Shown in pieces: positions 1-9,530 of a stretch of DNA of 64,000 bases (position 1 is its first letter; each line of letters starts with the position of its first letter). The notes under the pieces were generated by a model that had not been told where the DNA came from, did not search any database, and saw nothing but the letters and a program-made list of their open reading frames with translations. Position numbers and translations under genes: made by a program. Origin of the DNA: Candidatus Uhrbacteria bacterium (lineage in GTDB: Bacteria > Patescibacteriota > Patescibacteriia > UBA9934); assembly GCA_903848275.1 (NCBI GenBank), contig CAINGB010000025.1, positions 4,713 through 68,712 on the forward strand. Reading direction: 5' to 3'.

Positions 1-119
1 CCCCACCGACCACAAGACCACCGCCGAGTAAAAGCTGATTACGGCGAACTTGGAGCCACTTTTTTGGTGGTTCCGGCGGTAGACCTGGGGTGAAGTATTG
101 AGGTTCAAGAGCATTCATA

Positions 120-3100
120 TTAAAGGGCGCAGTAGTTGAATTTGATGTTGCTGATGTTGACTTCGCCTACGCCAGTGTAGGTGACGCGAAGAGGTAGATC
201 CTGCTCAGCTGTTTGATCGCAGACAAAACCTTCCGGCCAAGGGAGAGCTACGCCAGTGCCTTCGGTCACGACACCTGTGGTCGAAGTTGTAGTTGCACCG
301 TTTGAAGTTAGGAGTTCAACCACGATACCGGTAAAGGACGAAACAATGGAGCTGAAAGCGTCGGCGATTTCGGTTGAAGCGGCGCCATTGTAAGCGTAGT
401 CAAGGTGATTAGTAGTGTTGGGAATAGTGCCATCTGACGTCAGTGCTGTGAAACGCGCGGCGGAATTACTCGACCAGCCAGCGATAGTACGAATGAGGGT
501 TGATGAACTGGAAGGTAGAGGAGCGATAGTGTAGAGCTCGTAGCCGGCAGCTTTGATTGAGTCGGCATTCGTTGAGGCACTTGAAGGCGAAGAGGCTCGG
601 CTGGCCTGAACTAGAACGATAGCCTTGCGGAAGTTACTCGTGACAGAGGATGTACCATCCAGAAGATGCTGAGCTAGGTTTAGACCGCTGGCAGTATCGG
701 GTTTACCGCTAGTTGTTGTATAGAGATCAATCAAGCCGGCGAGCGTACTTTCGTCAGCCGCGCTGTAGAAAGTACTGGTAGCGACTGGCCCGGAACGAGG
801 CATGTAAACTAGGCCGATGTGGACGTTGTCGTTCTGACGGAAGAGGTCGGAAATAGCTGTGCGCAGATCAGCCTTCACATCATCCAGACTGCTCGACATG
901 GCGGTCGTTAGATCCGTCACGAAGACCACGTAAATATCTGGTGAAGCGACATTATCGAGCGAGACGTCGGCGGTGAGGGTGGCGCCCAAGCGACAGGCTG
1001 GGAAGGTGATGGTAGCGGCGTTTGGGAGAATGGAAGTGGTAGTGGCGGAATAAGAGTAGAGGTCGACGCTAGAGGACGAGGCGGCGCCTGGTTGGTTGTC
1101 GGTCAAGAGCATGGCGTCGGAGAGGAAGGTGTCAGGACAAGTGGATCCACAATCATTGGCACAGACTGGGAACTGGCAGTCGTTGCTCGAGCAGTCGGCG
1201 TCAGAGAGACAAGTAGCACTGAGGCCGCGGATTGGATCCGAACTGTCACCGCCGTTGCACTGACCGACGGTTTGACAGACTTCGGTTTCATTAGCGGCAG
1301 CAATTCCATCGGAGTTAAGGTCGACAGAGATGCGCTGACCATTAGAAGTGCAGGTGCCAGTACCGACATAGGTATAACGGGTACTGGTCATGGTCGAGTC
1401 CCAAGCCGTAACCGGTGAAGAACCATAAATGGCTTCGACAGCGGGAACATAGGAGTTTGGTAAATCGTAAGCGTCGCAGTACTCGCTACCGTTGGCAACA
1501 CCGTCGCCGCAGAATTCGCCGGAGAGGCTGGTGTATTTGCAGCTGACGGAACAAGCCGTACAGGTGGATTCGTAAGCGCTGGTACAACCGGCACCGTTGT
1601 TTGCGCCTTCGTCACACTGCTCGGTGTCGAGTTCGAGGTAACCATCGCCGCAGACGTTAGTTTTACACTGATTGGTACAGGTGTCGCCGGAGTTGGTGTT
1701 GCCGTCGTCGCATTCTTCGCCAGTATCAACCACGCCGTCGCCACAATTATTGAGAGCTTTGCAAGTAATGCCTTCGTAACCTGTTGAGGCATCCGCCCAG
1801 TTGCAGGTTCCTCCATGCGCACCATCATCGTCACAAACACGGGTACGATAGGTTTGATAAGTGTTATTTGAGCAAGTGCCGCCAGCGCCACAGTCGTCAT
1901 CAGTAGTACAGGCCTGGCCGATGAGGGTGGCGTCGTCGCTAAGCTGACAAACGGTAGTTATCGGACAAGCGGTGAATGGTCCATGAAGCTGAACGGTTTC
2001 GTTACTAACGCCACATTTTGCTTGAGCTTTAGCACGAGCCGATCTGACACCAGCCTGACAATCGGCGTCCAATAAAGCTGGGTCACAAGACTGACCTTCC
2101 ATGGTACCGGAATTATTGTTACAGATAGTGCCGGCGTAGGAATCTGGTGCACCATCACAAACTTCCCCACTATCAATCACGCCGTCGCCGCAGTAGCTAG
2201 CTGGGCCTTGGCAGTCCCAAGCACAGGTGTTGTTTGGGTTGGAGTTGTAGTCACCGTTAAGGTAGCCAGATCCAGACGAGCCACCACAATAACGAGTTGA
2301 GCCATCGGTGGAATCAGTGCGGCCACCGTAAGGACGAGAGTCGGTGGAGGCAGAAGTTGAGGAACAGTCGCAGGCTTCGCTACCAGCTAAGCTGCCGTCA
2401 CCGCAGTAGAAGGCATCGACCGTGAGTTTACAAGTTGAGCCGCAGTAACCATAACGACCGTTCAGGGAGCCGTCATCACATTCTTCGCTGGCGGCATCGA
2501 TGAGACCGTTGCCACAAGTGGCGGCGACGCAGGTAGCGGAAGTGTCGGCGATGAAGGCTGAACAGGTGCTGTTGCAAACTTGAGAGATGGTACCGTCAAG
2601 AACAGTGGTGTCCGTGGTCGTGCTGCAAGAAGTGGTGGTGCCGCCGCGCTCGCCGATTTCGCAAACTTCGCTAGCGTTAACCACACCGTCACCGCAGTTA
2701 CCGGTGCTGCCGTAGATGGTAGTGCCGTCGCAGAAGACGGCGGTGGTGAAGCCAGCGGCCGTGCTGAGAGGACTCGAAACTTGGTAAGTGACGGCGTCGG
2801 TAGCACTGGTGTCATAGTCGTAGTACCAGGCACCGGTAGCATATTCGAGGTCAGCGTAGAGGGTGTAGCTTGCGCTGCCGGCTGCTTTGTAGTGGTAAAC
2901 GTGGCTACCAGCTGGACAGATGTACTGACCGTTGGCTTGGTTGACGCAAGTAGCGCTGTCGTAGCTAGCGAGAGGAGCCGTACCGCAACCGAGGAAGGCG
3001 TTAAGAGGATCGGCGACTAAACTGCTGTTGGCCAAAGCGCCACCCAGCAAGTCTGTCCAAGAACCCCAGACGCTAGCGCCGAGGCCACGAACGAAGGTGC

Positions 3101-6100
3101 CGGAACCGAGAGTTGGCACGTCGGAAGTAGCGTAGGTGGAGCTGTAAGTGCTGACTTCACTACTGATAGTGCGGAGGTCGGCCAAGCGTTTAACGTCGCG
3201 AGTTAATTTTATTTTGTTATTAGCACAAGTTTCGCCGGTAGCACAGTCGGCGTCGGCCGTACAAGTCTCAGTCGTGTAAGCTGAGCCGTCGGAACAGAGA
3301 GCGACGTCGCTGACGTTGGTGGCGAAAGAGAGGTTGGCGAGGAGCTGGTCGTAGATGGCGATGGTAGAGTCGCTGGCGCCTTCGTTGTAGGAAATGACGT
3401 AGATATTTGGGTAGAGAGTAGCGCCACTTTGGTTGACGGCGGCGATATAGGTGGTACGGCCGTCTTTAACAGCTTGGAAGCCGTCGGCGGTAGTGACAGA
3501 TGGACTGCCCGAGAAACCTTGAGCTGTGTACCAGGCCAGCGGGCTCAAGTAGTCGGAGTTGGTGACCACACGGTAACCAATAGCGTCGCCGCTGCCGTCA
3601 TTAACTTCGAAGAGATACTCCTTGAGGATATTGTCGGTCGTCGAGTAGTCGGCGGCGTTTTGGACGGTCAGAGCTGGATAGTCGTCCGTGGTGTCGGTGG
3701 TAGCTCCGGCGTCGCGGCAGTAGAAGTCCGAGAAGTTCATCCAACCAGAGCCAATGACAGCGCCGGTAGCCAAACTAGCGTCGTCGCTCCAAGGGAAGAC
3801 GGTGGTTTTGACGTCGGGCCAAGTATTTTCACAGAGGAAAGCGACAACTTTTTGCGTGCCAGCAATAGACGTACCTTCAGAAGTACCGAATTGATCGTAG
3901 TCGATGGTGGCGGTGGCCAATACATTAGCGTCGCCGTTCTTGCCGACAGCGGCGACCGCGGCAGTATCGGTAGCGCTAGGATCTGTGCTGCCGGTAGCAG
4001 TCACGATGGTAGCATTCATGTCGTCGGTCCAAGCCCAATTCCACGAGTAAACGCCGGACAAAGATTCGATTGGTTCGCTGGTCGTGCCGTTAAAAGTGTA
4101 AGCGGTGGCTGTAAAGTCGTGGCTTTCCGTAGCTTGTGAGAAGTAGTTTGGACTATCGGTATTGCCGTCTGTGACAGCTACACTGTCCAAAGTACAGATT
4201 TCTGAACCAGTTGAGAACTCTTGAGTGGCGGCGCCATGTACGTTATACATCGCTACCCCGTCAACAGAATGGACGCCTGGATGTGAAGCGTCAGTAACGT
4301 CGCTGTCAGTCATGACTTCTAGAGTGTAGTGAGCGTTGGCTAGCAAGGGGACGTCGTAGTGCATGGTGACTTTATAGCTAGTTACGTCAGGTGATGTTTC
4401 GATAGCGGTTTGTGAATAGGAAGCGACAGGCACAACACAATCGCCGGCAGCAGCCTCTGCTGAACGACCGGTGAAGAGCTGACGGACGTTAAGCCAGCTA
4501 CGAGAATACCAAGGAAGGTGCGAACTAACAGCCATGGCGAGCGAAGTGTGATCGCTAGGACAGAGGTGGCCAGGAACGGTAGTTAAGTCGAGCTTAGCAA
4601 ACATGAGCGGTTGTGCGGTAGCTGGCGCGGTGGGTGCAGTCAAGAACGTCGAGAGATCCATCTCGCTGCTAAAGAGACCGGATAGCTCGGCATTGCGGCA
4701 GACATTGCGTCCGGTTGGATGCAGGCTGACTGTTGGGCGAGCTAGGCAGCAGTTATTAACGCCGACACCAGTGGCTAATGGCAAATGACAGTCGAGATCG
4801 CTAACAGCTGAGCAGGAGAGAGAATAGGTGGTAGGTGTGGCTGAAGTAGTGATGCCAGAAACTGGTTCCGTGACGTACATGGAAGCAATGGCCAGCTTGG
4901 TAGCTGGGTCGACTTCCTGCGCGGCGTGGAGGTCAATGGCGGCCAATTGAGTGTCGTCAATACGGCTATCGCCACCAGAGGATTCACAAGTAGCGTATTC
5001 ACCAAGGCCGACCGTGCCATCACCGCAGAATGATGGAGTAGTGTAGGAAGTAGAGGAGCCAAGAAGGGTGCAAGATGATGAGCAATACTGTTGACCGTCG
5101 CAGTCTTCACCGGCACCAGTGGCAGCTTGAGTAGTGGCACCATCGCCGCACTTGCTGGCCCAGAAAGCACCACCAGCCGAACCTTCACGGAGACAGGAAG
5201 CGGAACAACCGTCACCACTGACACTATTGCCGTCGTCGCAAGTTTCGTAGTTTGGAGTAATGGTGCCGTCGCCGCAACGAGCGCCACCGATGTCAGCTGA
5301 ACTGACCGTGCCTTCGTTCAAGCAGAGTGAAGAACAACCGTCACCATTGGCCACGTTGCCGTCGTCGCAGTCTTCACCGCCCTGAGTAGGGTCATAAGCA
5401 ATGTCGTTGTTGCCGCAAGTGGTGTCGACAGAACGGGAACCTTCGTCAAGACAAGTGGCGGAACAACCGTCACCGTTCTTGGTGTTGCCGTCGTCGCAAT
5501 CTTCGCCGCTGCCGTCGCCAGCGCGATCGAGATGACCGTTGCCACAAACTGGCGCCCAGGTTGGACCACCGTTGCTACCTTCACGGAGACAGGATGATGA
5601 GCAGCCGTCGGCATTGGCAGTATTGCCGTCTTCACATTCTTCGCCGTGCAGAGTGTCGATGTGTCCGTCGCCACAAATTGCGGCGTAGGCCTGGCTGCCG
5701 CCTGGTGTACAAAGTGAGGTACAGCCGGCTGCAATGTCGTTCTTATTGGTGTCGATAGTAGCGCTTGGCAGCCAGTTGGCGACGTTAATGGTGCTGCTGT
5801 GGCCATTGTCGGTCCAGTTATGGAAGCTCCAGTTGTAACCGGTAGTGGCCAACAGCTGACCGGAGGTGGAACAGGCGTCAGGTACGCCGTAGGCAGAGAC
5901 TGCAAAGTTCTGACGCTCGCCAACCGTGGATGCCGTAGCGGCGTCCGGAGTAACGGCCAAACGGCTGACAGCACAAACGTCGGTGCCAGATTTCACGCCA
6001 AAGGTCCAGGAATAATCACCGGAGTAATTAGTGCGGGTTAAAGCAACACCACTTGGGGTAGCGACGTCACCCGAGATGACTACACGGTAGAAGGTACCAG

Positions 6101-9100
6101 GAGTGAGGTTGGTGCCAGAAGGTAAGGCAATGTCAGCTTGTTTGCAGTGAGTCGAGGCGTCGCTGGCGCAATTGGAGGCGCTCACTGAATAGGCGCGCAC
6201 TTCGTCGCCAACGCCGACGTTACAGAGTTCATTAGGACAAGCGTAGAGTTTAACGGCACCAGGAGCGACAAGCGTCGCGGCGTCCATGTCGGTATTGAAG
6301 GAGGCACCAATTAAACTGTTACGGCAAGCGCCGTCACAGCTTGGCCAGAAATCGGCGACGTAAGGATCCGTAAAGTTAATTGTGAGCACAGCGTTACCGT
6401 CGACATTGCTGGCTTGCTCTTGGGCGGTGACGTCCGTGGTGCCTTCGGCGTTGGCCTGAACGAGAGTGCAATATGAGTTACCGCTGGCACAGGCGTCACT
6501 CGAAGCAAGACCAGCGATACTTGGATCTACTGTCCAGTTGTAGGTGTACTTACTAGCATCGAGAACGACACAGCCGTCGCTTGGTAAGGCGTTGAAGGTG
6601 TCGGTGTTGCCTTGGGCGTCGATGGTGGCGGTAGCCGGCGAAACTGAGACATTATTAACAGCACAGGAAGCACCGGTACTGGAGACTAGGAAATGCCAAG
6701 AGTAATCGGCAGCCATAGCAATGCCGCCAGGGGAAGACTTGGCCGCGGTGCTGACCGTAACCTTGTAACTCGCAGCGTTAGCAAAAGGTGTATTTGGGAC
6801 CCAGGTGAAGGTGGTTGGCGAGGAGTCGGAAATAGTGAGAAGGCCGTCGGCCGTAATGTCCGTGCCGCCAGTGCAAGCGTCGCTGCTACACTTTTCGATT
6901 TTGACGGCGTCGTCGATAGTGCCGCGGTTCATGAGTTCCGTGAATTCAGCGTAAACTACAGCCTGAGGGCAGACGTCCGTAGTGAAAGTAGAGTTTGGTA
7001 CAGCGCTGATGCGACCACCAGGGGTGAGAGTACACTCAGTGACAATCTCTGGAGTTGTCGGAATTTTACCGGTTGAGAAATACCACTGATAGGCCGCTGG
7101 ACCTGGTGGGAGGGTGGTGGTAGTGGCGGCGCCGTAAGTGAAGTTGAGGGTGTTACTCGTGGCACCAGCCGCTGAGGTGATCTGCACTGGTCCGGAGGTA
7201 GCGCCTACTGGAGCCTTGACGGTGACAGCGGTGCTATTCCAGGCGCTGGTTAAAGTAGCTGGGATAGCGGAAAAGAAATCAACTGCGCCTGTACTTGAAC
7301 CGAGACTGCCGGTGATAGTAACCGTGTCACCGGCGGCGCCAGTGTTGGGCGAGATGGAACAGATGCCAGGGCTAGGCGCATTAGAAGTGATAGTGAAATC
7401 AGTAAGAGCCGAAGAGGCGCCGCTTTGGGCGACGAGATAAATGGCAAAATCAGTACCGGCGACAACCGGATTACCGTTTTGATAACTAGCCGGTACAATG
7501 ACAGTAACCTGAGTGTCAGACCAATAATCTGAGCAGGCGGCCGGGAAATCGACGCTAGCCAAGGCTTTGTAACCAGAAGTTTTGTTTTCGAAAAAGACTT
7601 GGCCGATATTGGCACCAAAGTTGCTGCCGGTTAAGGTAATGTAGTCGCCAATGGCAGCTGAGCTTGGGCTGATACTGGCGATGATTGGGACGGTTGTTGT
7701 AGCGGTCGCCAGGCTGTAGAGAATAGTATTGGAAGCCACGCCGCCCACAGTAACGCCGACTGGGTAGCTACCGTCACGAGCCGAAGGAGCCGTAACGTTA
7801 AGGGAACTATCGCTCCAGCCGCTGTAAGAACCGGCCGCGTTAGTACCGAAAGCAACAGTTGAGGTGCTTTGGGCGTCGCCGAAGTCTAAACCAGACAAAA
7901 CCACGGCGTCAGTTGGTGCGCCAGAGGCTGGCAACAGTGAACAAAGTTTAGGATGAACGACGTCGTTCACCACGAAGTCGTCGAAAATTTGACCGTAGTC
8001 GTCGTTACTCGAGTCACTGAGAGGCGTAGTAGCGCCAGTTGTGACCGTAATTGGGCCAGTCACAGCACCAACTGGAACCATCACAATCAAGCCGGTAGAA
8101 GACCAGGTGCTGCAAGATGGGCTGAGAGCGACGACTGTGCCGCCGTTAGCTGCGGTAAAGGTCACGGTTGGTTGTGTGTCGCCGAAGCCAACGCCGTCGA
8201 TAGTCACGAAGGTGCCAACAGCACCGGAGAGTGGCGAGATGCCAGTAATTTCTGGCAAGGCGGTACAAATGCCGTCCACACAGCTATCGCTTGGGCCGCA
8301 GTCGGCGTCAGAAGTACAGATGCTGCCAGAACAAGCGCCGCAGTAGTCGACGTTAGCGCTATCGCCACCACAGTTAAGGCCAGTTTCACCATGCGAGGTG
8401 TCGATAACGTCGTTAAAGCACCAAGGGCCACGGGCCGTAACATGAATGGTGTCGTCGCTCGTGTTGCCGGCGATGTCGGTGACGGTGGTGGCTAGCTTGT
8501 AGCTAGTGCTGTTGACGAGAGCTGTGGTATCCCAGTTAGTGGCGATGGTGGTGTCAGAAAGATCGGGGCCGGTGGCACCAACGGAGTCGAACTGCACGTC
8601 TTCTGCGCTAAAACTGGCGTCCGCCACTTGGCTGTCGTCTGTGGCATGGACTTGGACGAGGGCAGAAGAACCAGATTCCACGCTGCCGCTTGGGATAGTG
8701 ATGACGGCGGTTGGGTTAGCGACGTCGACGAGGTTGCCGGTGGTGAAGGAGGAAGTACAGCTGGTGGTGGTACAGACAAGCGTAGTACCGTTGGTGCTTT
8801 TTACGGCCGTGGAAACACTGACCGAGAAGGCAGTGTCTGCATCAAAACAGAAACGGGTGTCATTTGGTGATGGACAAGCGGCGTTAGGCCGGAAGCTGGC
8901 ACTATTACTGCTAACCGTGATGGTGCCGTCGATGACTGCGCCGCTAGCGGTGTTTTTGACGACTAGATTATTAGCAAGAGTAGCGGCGTCGAGAGTCTTG
9001 GAGAAAGTAACTTTAAGGAGGACGTTGCGGATGGCGACCGGGCCGTCTGGTGAATAGTCCGTCACCGAGAAGGCTGAGGTGCTGCTACTACCGCCGAATC

Positions 9101-9527
9101 CCCCGCCGCTGCCGTTACCACTGCTGGTGTTGCCGCCGCCAGCGCCAGTGGCGTTAAGCAACGCGGAAAGGATGAAGCTGGCAATCGCGAAGGAGAGCAG
9201 GATGATGGCCAGGCCAATGACGCCACGAATGAGGATTTTCTTGGCGCGTTCTAATTTTTCTTCGTTGCCGGCCGCGGTCATCCAAGTAAAGCCACCGTAG
9301 AGGACGATAAGTACTGAGAGAATACCGAGAACGCCAATGACCACGCGGATGATGCGAGCGATGATGATTTTAGGGTCTTCCGCCGTGAGGCCGGAGGCAG
9401 CGCCAACGTCGGCCAGGCTACTGGTGACTTGAGCTAGGAGGTGTGGAGCGTGCAAAAATACGCCAGCCGCAATGAGGCCAAGGACAGAAGGAAGAACGTA
9501 TTTAAGGCGGAACCAACGCATAGCCAA
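120..9527 (-). CDS. Giant (3135 aa) secreted or surface-anchored multidomain protein. N-terminal TM segment plus TrbC/VirB2-like pilin-type domain, then a Gly/Ser linker, Ig/IPT-like repeats, at least 12 Myxococcus-type Cys-rich repeats and a possible vWA-like C-terminus.
   Basis: One uninterrupted 9.4 kb ORF. N-terminus: hydrophobic segment, then ...LYGGFTWMTAAGNEEKLERAKKILIRGVIGLAIILLSFAIASFIL (pilin-like amphipathic/TM helix pair). Repeats CGDGHIDTLHGEECEDGNTANADGCSSSC, CGNGHLDRAG..EDCDDGNTKNGDGCSATC and others match the C-G-D-G-x-E-x-C-D-D-G-N-x-DGC-x-C pattern. IPT-like ITGISPLSGAVGTFVTIDGVGFG. C-terminal DIYVVFVTDLTTAMSS.. segment is vWA-like. Confidence 0.85.
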   Translation of the reverse strand: MAMRWFRLKYVLPSVLGLIAAGVFLHAPHLLAQVTSSLADVGAASGLTAEDPKIIIARIIRVVIGVLGILSVLIVLYGGFTWMTAAGNEEKLERAKKILIRGVIGLAIILLSFAIASFILSALLNATGAGGGNTSSGNGSGGGFGGSSSTSAFSVTDYSPDGPVAIRNVLLKVTFSKTLDAATLANNLVVKNTASGAVIDGTITVSSNSASFRPNAACPSPNDTRFCFDADTAFSVSVSTAVKSTNGTTLVCTTTSCTSSFTTGNLVDVANPTAVITIPSGSVESGSSALVQVHATDDSQVADASFSAEDVQFDSVGATGPDLSDTTIATNWDTTALVNSTSYKLATTVTDIAGNTSDDTIHVTARGPWCFNDVIDTSHGETGLNCGGDSANVDYCGACSGSICTSDADCGPSDSCVDGICTALPEITGISPLSGAVGTFVTIDGVGFGDTQPTVTFTAANGGTVVALSPSCSTWSSTGLIVMVPVGAVTGPITVTTGATTPLSDSSNDDYGQIFDDFVVNDVVHPKLCSLLPASGAPTDAVVLSGLDFGDAQSTSTVAFGTNAAGSYSGWSDSSLNVTAPSARDGSYPVGVTVGGVASNTILYSLATATTTVPIIASISPSSAAIGDYITLTGSNFGANIGQVFFENKTSGYKALASVDFPAACSDYWSDTQVTVIVPASYQNGNPVVAGTDFAIYLVAQSGASSALTDFTITSNAPSPGICSISPNTGAAGDTVTITGSLGSSTGAVDFFSAIPATLTSAWNSTAVTVKAPVGATSGPVQITSAAGATSNTLNFTYGAATTTTLPPGPAAYQWYFSTGKIPTTPEIVTECTLTPGGRISAVPNSTFTTDVCPQAVVYAEFTELMNRGTIDDAVKIEKCSSDACTGGTDITADGLLTISDSSPTTFTWVPNTPFANAASYKVTVSTAAKSSPGGIAMAADYSWHFLVSSTGASCAVNNVSVSPATATIDAQGNTDTFNALPSDGCVVLDASKYTYNWTVDPSIAGLASSDACASGNSYCTLVQANAEGTTDVTAQEQASNVDGNAVLTINFTDPYVADFWPSCDGACRNSLIGASFNTDMDAATLVAPGAVKLYACPNELCNVGVGDEVRAYSVSASNCASDASTHCKQADIALPSGTNLTPGTFYRVVISGDVATPSGVALTRTNYSGDYSWTFGVKSGTDVCAVSRLAVTPDAATASTVGERQNFAVSAYGVPDACSTSGQLLATTGYNWSFHNWTDNGHSSTINVANWLPSATIDTNKNDIAAGCTSLCTPGGSQAYAAICGDGHIDTLHGEECEDGNTANADGCSSSCLREGSNGGPTWAPVCGNGHLDRAGDGSGEDCDDGNTKNGDGCSATCLDEGSRSVDTTCGNNDIAYDPTQGGEDCDDGNVANGDGCSSLCLNEGTVSSADIGGARCGDGTITPNYETCDDGNSVSGDGCSASCLREGSAGGAFWASKCGDGATTQAATGAGEDCDGQQYCSSSCTLLGSSTSYTTPSFCGDGTVGLGEYATCESSGGDSRIDDTQLAAIDLHAAQEVDPATKLAIASMYVTEPVSGITTSATPTTYSLSCSAVSDLDCHLPLATGVGVNNCCLARPTVSLHPTGRNVCRNAELSGLFSSEMDLSTFLTAPTAPATAQPLMFAKLDLTTVPGHLCPSDHTSLAMAVSSHLPWYSRSWLNVRQLFTGRSAEAAAGDCVVPVASYSQTAIETSPDVTSYKVTMHYDVPLLANAHYTLEVMTDSDVTDASHPGVHSVDGVAMYNVHGAATQEFSTGSEICTLDSVAVTDGNTDSPNYFSQATESHDFTATAYTFNGTTSEPIESLSGVYSWNWAWTDDMNATIVTATGSTDPSATDTAAVAAVGKNGDANVLATATIDYDQFGTSEGTSIAGTQKVVAFLCENTWPDVKTTVFPWSDDASLATGAVIGSGWMNFSDFYCRDAGATTDTTDDYPALTVQNAADYSTTDNILKEYLFEVNDGSGDAIGYRVVTNSDYLSPLAWYTAQGFSGSPSVTTADGFQAVKDGRTTYIAAVNQSGATLYPNIYVISYNEGASDSTIAIYDQLLANLSFATNVSDVALCSDGSAYTTETCTADADCATGETCANNKIKLTRDVKRLADLRTISSEVSTYSSTYATSDVPTLGSGTFVRGLGASVWGSWTDLLGGALANSSLVADPLNAFLGCGTAPLASYDSATCVNQANGQYICPAGSHVYHYKAAGSASYTLYADLEYATGAWYYDYDTSATDAVTYQVSSPLSTAAGFTTAVFCDGTTIYGSTGNCGDGVVNASEVCEIGERGGTTTSCSTTTDTTVLDGTISQVCNSTCSAFIADTSATCVAATCGNGLIDAASEECDDGSLNGRYGYCGSTCKLTVDAFYCGDGSLAGSEACDCSSTSASTDSRPYGGRTDSTDGSTRYCGGSSGSGYLNGDYNSNPNNTCAWDCQGPASYCGDGVIDSGEVCDGAPDSYAGTICNNNSGTMEGQSCDPALLDADCQAGVRSARAKAQAKCGVSNETVQLHGPFTACPITTVCQLSDDATLIGQACTTDDDCGAGGTCSNNTYQTYRTRVCDDDGAHGGTCNWADASTGYEGITCKALNNCGDGVVDTGEECDDGNTNSGDTCTNQCKTNVCGDGYLELDTEQCDEGANNGAGCTSAYESTCTACSVSCKYTSLSGEFCGDGVANGSEYCDAYDLPNSYVPAVEAIYGSSPVTAWDSTMTSTRYTYVGTGTCTSNGQRISVDLNSDGIAAANETEVCQTVGQCNGGDSSDPIRGLSATCLSDADCSSNDCQFPVCANDCGSTCPDTFLSDAMLLTDNQPGAASSSSVDLYSYSATTTSILPNAATITFPACRLGATLTADVSLDNVASPDIYVVFVTDLTTAMSSSLDDVKADLRTAISDLFRQNDNVHIGLVYMPRSGPVATSTFYSAADESTLAGLIDLYTTTSGKPDTASGLNLAQHLLDGTSSVTSNFRKAIVLVQASRASSPSSASTNADSIKAAGYELYTIAPLPSSSSTLIRTIAGWSSNSAARFTALTSDGTIPNTTNHLDYAYNGAASTEIADAFSSIVSSFTGIVVELLTSNGATTTSTTGVVTEGTGVALPWPEGFVCDQTAEQDLPLRVTYTGVGEVNISNIKFNYCAL

Positions 9528-9530
9528 AAA

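Noticed and set aside
1092-9300. Numerous + strand and alternate-frame ORFs (for example 1092..1418, 2580..3020, 3429..4139, 7953..8495, 8506..9057) inside the giant gene
   Set aside because: These are GC-rich antisense or out-of-frame ORFs fully nested in one continuous 9.4 kb coding frame that has clear domain and repeat structure. They are typical spurious ORFs of high-GC DNA.
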